A stretch of DNA of 64,000 bases from Lingula anatina (lineage: Eukaryota; Animalia; Brachiopoda). Numbering within the stretch: position 1 is the stretch's first letter; the number at the start of each line of letters is the position of its first letter. The notes below the pieces were generated by a model that was given only the letters and a program-made list of their open reading frames with translations, was not told where the DNA came from and did not search any database. Shown piece by piece: positions 1 through 29,909 of the stretch. The position numbers were made by a program, and so were the translations under genes. The DNA lies in the NCBI GenBank assembly GCA_051362555.1, contig CM120646.1:23808001-23872000 (forward strand). The letters run 5' to 3'.

Positions 1-1202
1 ACAAATCAGAGTATCCCCAGGTTTATTACCCCCACCCCACCCCCCATGTTGTTGTTGATTTAGGATGTTAAAATGACGACCTGGGAACGTAAAATAATAT
101 TGATACATCTTTATTCTGAAACAGCTATTTTAGAATTTTTCTTTAAAGTAATTAGAGAAACCTTTAGCATATCCCACTGTGGAAGGTTTAACTTCCACGT
201 AGAGAGTAGCACATATCCCTGTCTGTGTTACGTAAGGTAAGTCAAGCGTCACGTATTTCACGCACTGACACGGACCTTCTCCAGGTACCCCACTGTAACA
301 ACCAACCCTGCCATTATCAAGTTGACAACTTTCCTGCTGTGCCAGTTTTTTATGGGTGAGGTAGTTACATAACAGCAGACAGCTTGATCATCTTCAATCT
401 CATAGGGGTCATTAAGCTTTGTAAAAGCTGGAAAAGACTGAGAAGACTCTTGATGGAGGGTCTCCTCTCTCCACCTTGCTCTCTGGGCCCCCATCTTAGA
501 TATCTCAGGACCAATTCCTTCATCAAATGACAATATTCTCACTTCCTGCCTGTTTATCCAACTGACCAGATGTAAACCGGTGTCAAATCAGCCGAACTGA
601 TTATTTCCCTGTATTTACCTATATTTACCTGTAATTCCCTGTCCACCTGTCTTGTGATCACCTACATGATCTAATGTCACCATGACCCAGACTAGATTCC
701 TATGAAAACAACCTTCTCCTATACCGCACATATCATCTAACCTCTCACATAAGAATGGAGAGAACATTTCTCTGCTTACAGTTCCTGTGTTATGTACAAA
801 AATAATTGTGGCTAATCAATAGGTTTTGATGACATAAGCCCCATCTTCTCTGTTTTCATCAATGATCATGAGCGTGAACTCTCATTTCTCTTCACATCTC
901 GCTGTCAGAGTGACAGGGTCTTCCACACCTTGGTGATGACATATCCTATTCTCCAACTTGATGACTTCATCACTGGTCATTAGGTGAATTCCAGGAAGAC
1001 AATTTACCCTCTTTATGACTTTCTTAATTGGTTAAAGAGAAACTGTCATATAATAAGGCTCAATACCCAGTACAGGATCCTGTTATTTATACTTTTTATT
1101 AAGTAAACAAACTCCAGCCCAATATTGATAAAGAACTTGCTGCTTTTTATCAACAATGAAATCATTAAATAACTGCCACCATCACACAACAGAAAGAGAA
1201 AC

Positions 1203-1368
1203 ATATTATATTATATTATATTATATTATATTATATTATATTATATTATATTATATTATATTATATTATATAATATAATATATTATATTATATTATATTA
1301 TATTGATATTATATTATATTATATTATATTATATTATATTGATATTATATTATATTATATTATATTAT
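1203..1368. repeat. (ATATT)n pentanucleotide microsatellite
   Basis: About 30 near-perfect ATATT units, read directly. Confidence 0.95.
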
Positions 1369-3363
1369 GTTAATATATATTTTCATTGATACAAGTCAGT
1401 CAAGTGATCAAGTCCATTGATTGACAAAAAGACCTATTAGGTCCATTTGTAAACTATTTTCTTTTATTTAGTTTCTGCACAACTCAACAGAGGTTAACAA
1501 ACACAAGAACATTTAATTTATTAAAGACACCAAAAAGTGTTTCCCACCCCACCCCCCCCCCCAAAAAAAAAAAAAAAAATTACAACAAACAGTTAGTTTA
1601 ATCTTAGTCTTCACACACTGTTATTCTGGTATCTTATTATATTATAATAATATTCAGGTACCATCTCTCCTCTCTCCCCTTTAAACCATCGCTATGTTCT
1701 ACCTGTGTTGATAGGTAATATGTTCCTCCTGCCAGTCAACAGAACGTCTCTATTCCGCCTGTCCTCTCCTTGGCCCTCTTCAAAATACCAACACTAATGG
1801 ATAATCACTTATAATCTGCGGCCACCACTGCTTCAGCTATAATTTCATTCTACAAAACAAGCACATCCTTTCTCAGGGCCTCATACACACCAAGATGGCC
1901 CTGTTTATGGATGGTCAATCCCTGTCAGCTATGTCAGGGTGAAGGTGATAATGCTCAGCAGGGGCAGGTATTATGTCACGTCACCCCATGTGACCTCTCT
2001 ACTTCACTAGCCATGTCAACAGGCGGTTACAACAACACGCCATGGTAACCAACTGGAATTCACAGCGCGATTAATAAACCATGCTTTATGTAAACCTTCA
2101 CACACAATGCTTTCTGTGCTTTGTGGTCTATTATTTCATAACAAATGTAAAGAAAATAGCTGCAATCCATGTAATTTGTATAATTTATTTCATTTTATGA
2201 TTGCATTAAATGAGCCCATTACATTCTTTTCAAAGAATTCAATTCTTCACTTAATCTTCAGAAATTTTTCAAGGCCAAATGTAGGCCTTTAGCTTGACTA
2301 ATTGTAAAATAATAATAATGCAATAAACAAATTATATTATTTGTTGAATGTTTAAACTCTATATTGAAGGACTTTGTAAACATGATCAAGAGATGGCATG
2401 CCATGTTGTATGTCAGTCCAGTTTACTCATCATATCATCAGATCATGTTCCAGGAATCCAGACACAGTGCTGCCCCAGCTGTGGTATAATAAAGTCATTA
2501 TCTTTCTGACAGCAGGCGCAGTCACACTCTTAACCAAAATGGTTTTTCTGTGGGCAAAATGGCAGCATATCTTTCAGTTATATCATCAAAGTTGAACCAA
2601 GGAAATGTAATGCAACCCAGAGTCTGTGCTATCAGGACCTATGTTGGTCCACTAGGATCGCTCTAAATGCGATCCAAAACCAGTGTGGAAATGCCACTGT
2701 CCACAGATGATCTTTACAAGCTGAAAGCTACGTATGTACCACATTTTTATGTGATAACATTTTTTTAAAATATTAGCAGACAAGATCATTGCATGCATCT
2801 GTGAAAATAACCAAATTTCCTGGAGATCTTCTTAGTGATGAACCTTCACATTTCTATCAGTCAATCATTTTTCTTTAGTCATGTAAACAATATAGACAGT
2901 GACATCTCTTGACTAAGTCCACTCAATGAGAAGTAATTTTTCATTTCTTTCTAAGAACTCCTCTTACAGAAATGGAAAAAAAAAGTCACATTATGATTTG
3001 TTATTCTCTACAACCCACAAGTGTTCAAAACACAACAATTCCGTACATTTTGCGCCAAACGACCAATGACAGGTCACTTTGACAAAGTGTCGCTATCGCC
3101 ACCATCAATTCTTCACTGCCCTCCTGACGTGTTACGTCACACGTCATTCCCGTCCTGACATATTAACCCATTAACCACAGCACTACCCACAGCCTCTAAC
3201 AAATACCATGTCAACTAAAGAATTAGGTGGGAGGACCATTTATCTTTTTGCATGATAATCTCACTTTTACTGCAAAACAACAACATCAACTATTTTCCTA
3301 TATCAGCCATATTTTCTCTTTTTTACTCTACCCTCAGGGGGCACAACTGGCAGAGCTATTACA

Positions 3364-3366
<3 letters not shown>

Positions 3367-3406
<40 letters not shown>
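3367..3406. repeat. (AT)n microsatellite
   Basis: Read directly. Confidence 0.95.
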
Positions 3407-3409
<3 letters not shown>

Positions 3410-4317
3410 TTCTCTAACCACAATGAGTACAATTACCAGGCTATAATAAGACATTATCATATGCTGACAATTCCATGTGACACATTCAACCTAGAAATGC
3501 TCTTCAGTTCCTGGTGTAACGTCAAAAACTGTGTACATGTTCTACGTTCCCACTGACCCGTCACCTTCACGTGTCAACTATTATGCCTATTCTTACCTCA
3601 CTTTTTGTGTGAGACTCTCTTTCTAAACCACAATACGATGACTTAGCAATTCTTAATTAACAAGTGTCTTTCATGACCCGGTGCATGTTTAAAAATCGTC
3701 ATCTTATGACACTGTCTCCAAGACATCCTAGTTACTTGCATGCTTCAAGATGCTTACTTCATGAGTCAATTGCTAAAATAGATTGTTACTTTCTGGTACT
3801 TTTTCCCTTTAAATGATAATATCCCAGATAAAGTATAATGAGAAAAGTTGTCATCTCTTTAGACAGGTCAAGTACATGTGTGTGTGCTAACAAAAAATAC
3901 TGCCAATAAAAAACACATCCCACAATGAAGACATCTCCCCGTTATTATACCTGAATAAATCTCTGTGTAATATTACCTGAATACACTATGTCACAATTAC
4001 TACAGCTGACATAAAGTGATACACATGACTTGCACTGCGTGATACCATGCTTAGTCACTCCACATGGGTTTCTAGATCAAACATTCATTCAACAAAGACA
4101 CTTCATGGAAAATAAATACTTCTGACCAAGAGTAGCTGTTCCTATGTACTGTTAGAACTGACTTCTGATTGGATGCATACAGCTGCTTTTAAAATGAGGC
4201 ACAGTTCAGGAAAAAAAATCAATACTAAAAGACTCATACTTAACTCTCCCCACCCCAATAAATAATAATAATAATAATTTAATTCTAAGCCAAGAGAAGC
4301 ACTTGAAGACCACTCAC

Positions 4318-4698
4318 CTAACTGATCATTCATCAAATCACAAAAGTCTCCTGAACCATTCCTCAACTCCTCCAAAAGGTTAAAAAAAGTTACTCCCCAA
4401 ATTTCACGTCCATGTTAATGAACCCCCAGTCCTGATGACGTAGTCTCCCCCCTCCTGGCCTCTGTACCCCACAAACTCTGGTTCCTCATCCGTCTCCTGG
4501 CACCAGTTTTTCCCCATCATCTCTCTCCCTATCCACATGGTTCCTATGATAACTGACATAATCCACCAGAGCCACCACGTGCAGTGTACTAGGCTAGGCA
4601 GTACTGGGATGGGTGAGTGACTGACTTCTCTCCTCTCCTCTCCAGTATTAACTGTAGAGAACCTGTGGTCGCGGCTCTTTATATACTGCCATGAGTCA
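4318..4698 (-). promoter_or_regulatory. Putative TATA+Inr promoter with AP-1 site and first exon, nested in POLR2H intron 3
   Basis: Minus strand: TGACTCA at 4692-4698, TATATAAAG from 4685, Inr-like TACAGTT with A at 4653 (32 nt apart), strong donor TAG|GTGAGT after 4318. Confidence 0.45.
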
Positions 4699-7509
4699 CC
4701 TCCCCAGCTATCCCTTCACTTAGTTACCTATTAGCTTAGAGAATACACGTCCTGACATGATTGGGAAGTTTGAGATATGAAATATGTGACAATGATTGCA
4801 GAACAGGTCAAGTTGGCTTTGTTACATTGTTGAAGTGGTGCTACAAATATTAAGAATCCTATCACAGGTAGACTTGTACGAATTCTGATGATTAAAAAAT
4901 ATTTTCTGGAAATGAATCAGTTACAAAACTTTTCATCATCAATTTTATATGGCTATTTATGCGCCTTGTGATGGCCAGTCATTGCAGTAATATTTGAGTT
5001 GCCTTTTCCTGGCATCTGACCAAAAATGCTGACTATTGGAAAAACCAATACTTGTTCAAGCTCACAATTAGGGTATTAACCACCAAATGATGGCTGACTA
5101 AATTTTACACCCACGCTCCAATTTCCACCTACACAGATAATACTTATTGAACTGTCAATAAAACCAAAACCTGCTATGTGTAGTGCATTAGAACCAAATA
5201 ATAACAGTTTCAGTTTTCCACTGCAGTTTTCCCTGTGAAATTATCATGAATTACTGCAATATTAACTTAACAAGTAGTGATATTACAAATGAAATGTAAC
5301 GTTGACTGCTGTAGTAAAGAGCAGGTTGTTGAAAAAAGTTCTCTTTTTTTGTCAAGTCAACAGCAACTGTAATATTAACTTCAGAAGAGTTTGACAGACT
5401 CACTGACTAAACAACAATCACAGACAAAGCACATTTTAGGTGTTCCTCTGTCCAAGTTCCTTACTGCAGATATTTTTACGTCAAAAGTGATTGAACCATA
5501 AAACTACTTTCCAACACAAGAAGACAACCTAAGCATTTTATCATACCTTCCACAAAGACCCCTAAATTATAAGGAAATTTATAATTAATTGCTCAAAATC
5601 CACCCACTTCCTGTTCTAAAACATATCACTCCTATCTCATAGTTCAGACAGAACAAAAGGTATCAAATTGACCTGATGTATCCATTATTTATTACTTAGT
5701 GTTCCTGTCACCAAACAAAACTAAGAAAATAAACACAGCCTCCGAGGGCTGTTTCTGGTGACAAATTCAGACAAACCACTTAGCAATGAAAGATAAAATT
5801 CATAAATGACGTTAATTTTCTTTAATCTTCCTATCATCTATTGTTGGTGTTTACATCACGAGGACAGTAAGGACACAGGCTGGTATCTTTTAGTTTAAAC
5901 ATCAACTAAGACTGAGTATTATCAAGTGCAGGGACTTTGTACTGCACTGTTGGAAAACTAACTTAAACACTTCTTGGAAACTCTTCTATTAAAAAGAAGC
6001 ACATCAGTGAACAGAACAAATCTAATTTATAGGAAAAGATTTTAAACAGTTGTTCATCCATGCATCCAAACTGTCCTCTTAAATGGCTTTTAGACTAGGC
6101 TAATACAATTTTTACCATTTCAGTTTCCTTTTCTCAAAATTTTACTTATGTTTCCTCATTAAGAATCTTTCTAGTAAGAATTTTTTAGACAAATGAAGAA
6201 ATATTTTAATTTTTTTCATTTATAACTCTCAATCTTTCATTCTTTTACACAAAATTAAAACCGAACCAATTACATTCTTGAAATATTTGGACACTGCAAT
6301 TCTCTTAAACTTCTTAATCTTATCAAAGTCATTTGTCTTCATAGATATCAGGTTATTATACCTTGTACCTAGTTTAATTACATTCTTAGCACATATATTG
6401 TCCTAAGACAGGTGTGTGGCATCACGCCAGACACACGACAAAGACGACAGACGTGACTGGTACCGCATCAAGCCAGCAGCTGATTGGCTGAAAGTTAACA
6501 TTATGGGTAATGATCGACAGGCTCTTCAAAGATGAGAGACCGGCTGTTTGATATTGTAATTTGATGTCTTGTTTGAATAAAAGCTGAATCCTTTATTTGT
6601 GTTGAGATACTTGTGTCATGTTAATTTAAGACTTAAATCAGTGGATCCTTTGCTTATTACTGGATAAATTCATAATACAAATGTTGAAGCATAAATACAA
6701 TTATACACTAGTTAAATATTCACCATTTTCACATAATCTTCCCCAGATGAAAGACTTTGTAAAATCTGTATCTGTTTAACCAGATGTCCTCAGATGCAGA
6801 TTACAGAAAAAGCCAGACTAGTCTATTGCACAATAAAATGAAATAAAACAATTGTTTTCAATATTTTACCCTTCCTAATAAATCAAGTCCACATCACAAA
6901 TTTTCCCCACTCCTGGAAGGGTGTGAGATGTTGACACTATTTTCACATAGATCAGAATTAGTACAGAAAAACAAACACGCAGGGTGAACAGGTGCTTGAC
7001 AACAAATATATATATATATAATACCTTATGTCAAAGTAAACAGAACAGTCTGAAAATGTGTACAATTAGGTTAAAAACAAACAGAAAGATAAACTACACT
7101 TACTGATAACTACTTTACATAACACTTGACTATATCATAATATACATGGGTGAAAGTTGTAAAAAAATGAAAATCCTGAAATCAGGCAAGACTTTCACCC
7201 ATGACTAATATGGAATACAGCTAAATATATAATGTTTGAAAATATTCAAATATTCAGTAATAAAAACATTACATTTATAACATTTGCTGTCAAAGTTGAA
7301 AATGAGCTCATGATCAAGTACCAATATTTTCCATAGCACTATGTAATAAAAAAAAAGATCTTATTACAAATGACTAGTTCATACATTCTGACATCACAAG
7401 ATCAAGTCGAAATTAAACAAATGACAGCGTGTATTATTGAAGAAAGGGATCATTATCAGACACTATATACCAGGTACAGCAGCAGAAATGATGCATTATT
7501 TCTACTTAC

Positions 7510-24100
<16,591 letters not shown>

Positions 24101-24744
24101 CGTAATCATTATTTTAGAACGCCGCAAGTGAGAAAGGGTGGTATCGAGTGGTATTTTAAGTATCAAAGTACATTTTTTATAGATAATGACATGCAAATGA
24201 TTTAATATCTTTGGCACCTGACCTCTTGTAACGTGCAAACACGTTTTCGTGTAAATAATCACATGCTTAAGGCCTTTTAAAACGTACGTACGAGTACCCC
24301 CTTAATTCCTCATTTCTGCCCCCTCTTTTCCCAGTGATGAGGAAATGGTCAGATCATGAGGTGAAAAAATGTAAGTGTGGTGTGCTAGGAGTTTGTGCGG
24401 CATTTTCCCAGATTTAAATATTTGGCGGGAGTGATAAATACACATCAGTAGGGTGCATGGCGAGTTTGTTTAATTCGATTTAAAATAATCAACCAATTTT
24501 GATAAATTCTGCATTATGGTAATCTATTGTGGTGTTCTCTGTTATTTTTTGGTTCGTTCACCGCTGAAGGTGACAGTGTGGTCGACGTTAGTTCCAAGAC
24601 TCAAGTCTAAGGTCCACCACGCACTTGCATTGCGCATGTGAAGGTCGTATATAAATAGGTCATCGCTAATGACGCAATACTAACTATGGCATGTATGTGT
24701 AATTGCCAATGGGATATAACAGCGTTGAGAGTCTGCCGCTATAG

Positions 24745-24952
24745 TTTTCATTCAATTGAAATTTTTGTTATTCAATGTTTCTTATTCATGCAATATTCTT
24801 TTTTCCATTCAATATTATGTTGTCTCATATTTTCTTGCAGTATTTTTCATTCAATTCTTTTATGCAATAATTTTTTTCATTCAATGTTGTTTCAAATTTT
24901 CATACAATGTTCTTTTTTTCCTTCAATGTTGTCTCATATTTTCATGCAGTAA
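24745..24952. repeat. Degenerate TTTTCATTCAAT/TTTTCATGCAG-type tandem repeats in the subterminal region of the TIR element
   Basis: Recurrent TTTT(C)ATTCAAT and TGTTGTCTCATATTTTC motifs. Confidence 0.6.
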
Positions 24953-25446
24953 TATTAATACATAAGTGTATGGACCCTCCTGCACTAACATCCCATTGAC
25001 AGATTTTTAGGGCAGTGCCACAGCTCTGTATGAATTCTGGTGAAAATTTTCTTCGAAATTTTTTTTTCTTTAAATATAATTTTCACATATAGTGTTTATA
25101 ATGAATTAGAATAAAATTATAAACATAGATAAAATATGTAAAAAATTAGTGACAGTGTGGCAAAGCCACGGCTTGTGACTTTTTTATTTATTTATTTATT
25201 TTTTTTTTTTGAATACTGATTTTTAATTTTGAAAATCTTTTTTTTCGGATAAGTTTAACAAACTAGAACTATATACTAGTATAAAATAGTAATCATGAAA
25301 ATAAAATCCTGAAATTTGAGATATGAAAATTAAACCTGCATGGTTATAGAATTTCATTTTTTTTACTGTAATGCTTTAAAGGATTTTAAGTAAACTTCAT
25401 ACTCTAGTATCCTGATAGCAGTAGGCCTACTTGTGCAAATGCAAAT

Positions 25447-25482
<36 letters not shown>

Positions 25483-27237
25483 CTTTATTTTAACAGAAAA
25501 ACGAAATCAAATGCACAAACATATGAATAAGTTGTTACGGTTTTCCAGTTTTATGTAATCCATGTTTGCAAACCTCTTATTTTTTTTCAACAGTGCAAAT
25601 AAAAAAAATCTTTTTCTCATCTGATTTGCTTATTCTCTGTGCCTTATGCAAGTTATATATTTGTTTTGGATTATTTCAACATTGCAGTCATGTAGAATTT
25701 ATGCCCACTGAAATACATGGAGTCTATGACATGCCTGAGAATCATTCAAAATGTTCAGTGATGTTTGTCAAAGTTAGCAGACACGCTACTGATGGCTCAG
25801 ATGCAGTAAAACTACTGCTGAGGAGAGTTGAGGAATACTTTCGTGTTACCAATGTCAATTAACATTGACCTCCTAATTCACAGAGGCCAAGGGCCTCTGC
25901 TACTTCTGGAAGTCAGAAACGTGGTCCTCTCCTGCTAAATCATAGATAACCTGAAGTATTTTTATCACATTTGTAAATACAATAGTTCCCTTGCTCAGTT
26001 ATACCAATCAAAATCTGTGGTGTTTAACTTTTGGTGTGAACTTTATGTTAGTCATGCTTAATAATCAGCACAATTTTAAAGATGTCATAATACACGTACT
26101 ATAAGTAGTACTATCTCTAGCTATAATCAGCACTATCAATGTGATTGTTGTATTACATGGTGACCTAATTTTTTTTTTTTATTTCTACAAAGGTTTTTTC
26201 CCTTGGTTGATTAAGAGATGTTGGGAAGATTATTGTTCCAATATTTCATGTACTAACTAGAAGTGTACAGTATACCCTGAAAGAGAGAAAAAAATGTTTT
26301 GTGGGTTCTGTTTTTTCAGTTATTTCTACTGTCAGGCCATGCTAAATTATTAACACATTTTGAATTTCGTTTTAAAACTTGCAATAACAGTTTACAATGG
26401 AATTTCATATTTATTAATGTAGCACCAAAGTCGTATCACGTTTAATCAATGATAATATTAATAATATGTTTCTGATGCAGAATCCTCAATTCCTATTTTT
26501 CAATAAAACTGAGAATTTTGTTCAATTTGTAAATTTGAATTTTCTCATAAATATTTGGAAAAAAATCAATATGTCCATAAACTTGTACAGACTTGATGAT
26601 CAGGCGAATGATGTACAATCTGATTACGATACATGTTCATGTTCAGTACTTTGTATTCTGTCCATCCTTGCCTGAAGATTGTACCTGTTAACTTGCAATG
26701 GTTAATGGGAGCAAATATAACAGGACCAATTTAACATGGTACTTTGTTGGATACTTCAATAAAAGTCTGTTTAAAATCTCTTTGTTTTCTGAAACTAACC
26801 AGACTGCAAAAAAACCCCAATAAAAATTAATTTGAAGGAGGATTTGCATTCTTCCCCCAATTCATGATCACAACAGGTCCAGTGATCTACAAGGATACAA
26901 TGGAACATTTTTCCATGCAGTGAATCCTAGCTTGTGAATGAAGCTAATAATTAACTGAAGACTAAAATGTAGGCCTGCAACAAATGAAGAGGAATGATAT
27001 TTCACAACTATTGCAGCAGTTTTGTGAACCCAAAGGTACTGTACCAGTACCTTGTACATGCAGGGCCTGAAACCTGAAATGTATATAGGTGAAATAAGAG
27101 TAACGCATTCTGTAATGTACACATGAAAAAGAATTGTTTTATCCTTTTGTACATAATCCTACAGCTAAACAGTAAATCCTTGTATGATGTGGTTCGGGGT
27201 CAATCATTCTGCAAAGTGAAACATACACTTAAGTTTC

Positions 27238-27239
<2 letters not shown>

Positions 27240-27285
<46 letters not shown>
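27240..27285. repeat. (AT)n microsatellite
   Basis: Read directly. Confidence 0.95.
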
Positions 27286-27287
<2 letters not shown>

Positions 27288-29045
27288 TCACTATCAACTA
27301 ACCAAAAGTCACAGAGTGGATTTTCCATTTTTCCCTATATAATCTGCCGCACTGGTAGAGGGTATCGTTTGTCCAAAATTTGCAAAGGGGTCCAACTATG
27401 CTGAGTGCTTACACCATGCAGATTGTGTAACAAATGAGTTGAATACCTTCCTGATGCAGATGCTGCCACAATGTAGTCCTATGCAGTTTCTTGGCAAATT
27501 TCTTGAATTTATATTTTTAAAACGTCATAATAATTGTCTTTAATTTTTTCTTAACTAGCAAAGTTAATGTCGTCCACAACATTTAATTGATGGGTACAAT
27601 ATGGTATATCCAAATGGAAGTTATGCTTTGGTTAGAATACAACAATAAAGACATTCATTTTTTTTTCAATAGGAATGATTTACTGTACTGTAGATATAAA
27701 AATTACAGCTTGAATTACTGGTATAATAATTATAAGAAGAAGAAGAGGAATAACAAGGGACATCACAAAAATCTAATAATTTTTTTTTAATTTTTCATTC
27801 TGGGCTAGCTTAGTGTGACTTTTAAAATATGACAATATAATACCAGTACTTCTAAAATAAATGTGGGTACGTTTTTAAAGAGAGGAAAATAAACAATTAA
27901 CCTGCATCTAATTTTTTTTCTAGTCATTTATATATATATTTGTGTGATTTTGTAATTCGTCAAAATGTTTAATTGGACGGACATTTGCAACACCATGACT
28001 ATTGTGAGAGGCACATGTACTACCACAGTGTACTACTACTGTACAGTACGTACCAAAAACGCTAATGAATACATATGTACATGTACATCGCTTTCGCGAG
28101 ACGGGTAAAAATGAAGTTCAAAATTAAACTGACTAAAGACAAAACATAGTTCTTTTATTCAAATTAGATTAAAAAAATAAGAGGACATTCAACTTACAAG
28201 ATATACGTTTAAATCGTCATTTCAAATCAAACGTAGAAAACCGCAAAACTTAAGTTCTTACTTGAAGCTTAACTGAGAAGACAGCATGCTTTTGTTATTG
28301 ACTGACGTCACATGCGCAATGCAAGTGCGCGGTGGACCTTAGACTTGAGTCTTGGAACTAACGTCGACCACAGTAAACCACAGTAACCGCTTAATTTGGA
28401 ATCTCTGTATCGTAGAGAGTTCTCATTCAAGACGCGACTTTCTTTTTACGCCAAGTTTTTACAACTCTTTCCGCTTTCATTTTTATAATTGTGAAGTTGG
28501 TGAAGGAATTTCTACAGTTCTCTGCAACCCAGGTCAGCCTGTTTGTCGCTTTTGGAAAGGAACTTTGCCTGAATTTAACCCCCCTGCCCAATACCCTACA
28601 TTACATATCTCCCGCTCATTACCCCACTGCATGGCTATCGAGACGCCCCCCCCCCCATTAAACACAGGCCTTACAATGATTATTAGCCTCTGTACGTACT
28701 GATAAAGTCAGGTTTAAATCTTTAAGAAAAAGTATCTACTGTAGCACTGGATTGAAGTACTCATAGTTGTAATATAATAGGCATTACTCGGTGTCGATAG
28801 CTGCTTGGGTGAAGGGGGGGGGGGGCGTTTATCAACGATTTTACAATTTAAAAAAAAAGCTGTAAAAACGCTGTTGTTACGCCATCAGCTTGAATACACA
28901 ATGCACAACGATGAATTTTTGATGCAACACCATTATTTCATAGCAAGATGATGTTTATTTCTGCATTATCTAATAAAATCCTAGAACGTACTCAATCCCG
29001 TTAACCAGGCCCTACATGTACAGGCACAGGTACGGTGGACTTGGC

Positions 29046-29203
29046 GGGGGCGTCTCGATAGTCCGAAGGTTCATTGGTCCGAAAAGTGGTTACATTTTCA
29101 TCTATTTTTTAATCAAGGGTTCATTGGTCCGAAGGTTCTATAGTGAACATTCGGACCAATGAACCTTCGGACTATTGAACCTTCGGACTATCGCTACGGC
29201 CCC
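29046..29203. mobile_element. 158-bp MITE with 8-bp TSD (Merlin/Zisupton-like, tentative)
   Basis: Perfect TSD GACTTGGC (29038-29045, 29204-29211). Ends GGGGGCGTCTCGATAGTCCGAAGG ... CCTTCGGACTATCGCTACGGCCCC. Internal repeats of about 15 bp (GGTTCATTGGTCCGAA) in both orientations. Confidence 0.85.
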
Positions 29204-29909
29204 GACTTGGCACTGAGGCAATGGTGTTTCAACTTTGATCTCATGTCCTCGTATACGTTATAAGGCCCAGGACTAAATATTTACACCAGGTCATACTTTG
29301 TTGACAACATAGACTCTTCTAGGGCACCTGGCGATAGTTTGAAGGGTTATCTTTATAGACTCTTCAAACATCACTTTGATACTGTTGCAGACATTTCTAC
29401 AAATTTTTAATCAATACTGATTATGCGTAATGTTTTGCCGGAGATAAGACGAAAAATAAAATGAAGAACACGATTCAAAGAACAAGCCTTTATATGCATG
29501 TGTACATGTTACAGAGCCACGAGGGGTCTGCTGGCACTTTTTCTTATCGTGTTTGAATAAATCATGATACGTTTAACAAGACCTTGGTTCCTGACCTACT
29601 GACAACATAACCGATCAGCGATCTGGACGATTTATTATCTGTATCTCAGCTGCCTACATACGACACTTACGTTTTAGCATTTTACGGCCGCAATGTCACC
29701 TTAAGCACCGAGTATCTTTGATGGGAAGGGTTCACACGACAATTTAAACACGAGGGTAGTGAGTATCTAGGGGGCCTCCATAGACCGTATCCAGCTGCCT
29801 ATTGATTGGTCTATACTATGCCTGGCGACATGAATGCCAAATGGAACAGATCTTCGGGTGCTATGGGCTAATTCCTGAACCTCGGCGGATTCAATTAATT
29901 GTGGTAAAA

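Larger units (their letters stand above)
24578..28371. mobile_element. About 3.8-kb degenerate DNA transposon with 64-bp TIRs, superfamily unresolved
   Basis: 24578-24641 and 28308-28371 are inverted copies with one mismatch, flanked by AGT on both sides (candidate 3-bp TSD). The interior is AT-rich with no intact transposase ORF. Confidence 0.85.

Noticed and set aside
258-542. 94-aa minus-strand ORF as the last POLR2H exon or part of the nested gene
   Set aside because: It has no similarity to the RPB8 C-terminus (SAYVSxGGLLM), a GTG start, and no convincing splice sites.
1703-1849. Exon-like segment on the minus strand with a good acceptor
   Set aside because: All three frames contain stops, so it cannot continue either nested first exon as coding sequence.
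3227-3556. ORFs with YIYIYI/ERERER runs here and at about 27123, 45434 and 57645
   Set aside because: They are translations of microsatellites.
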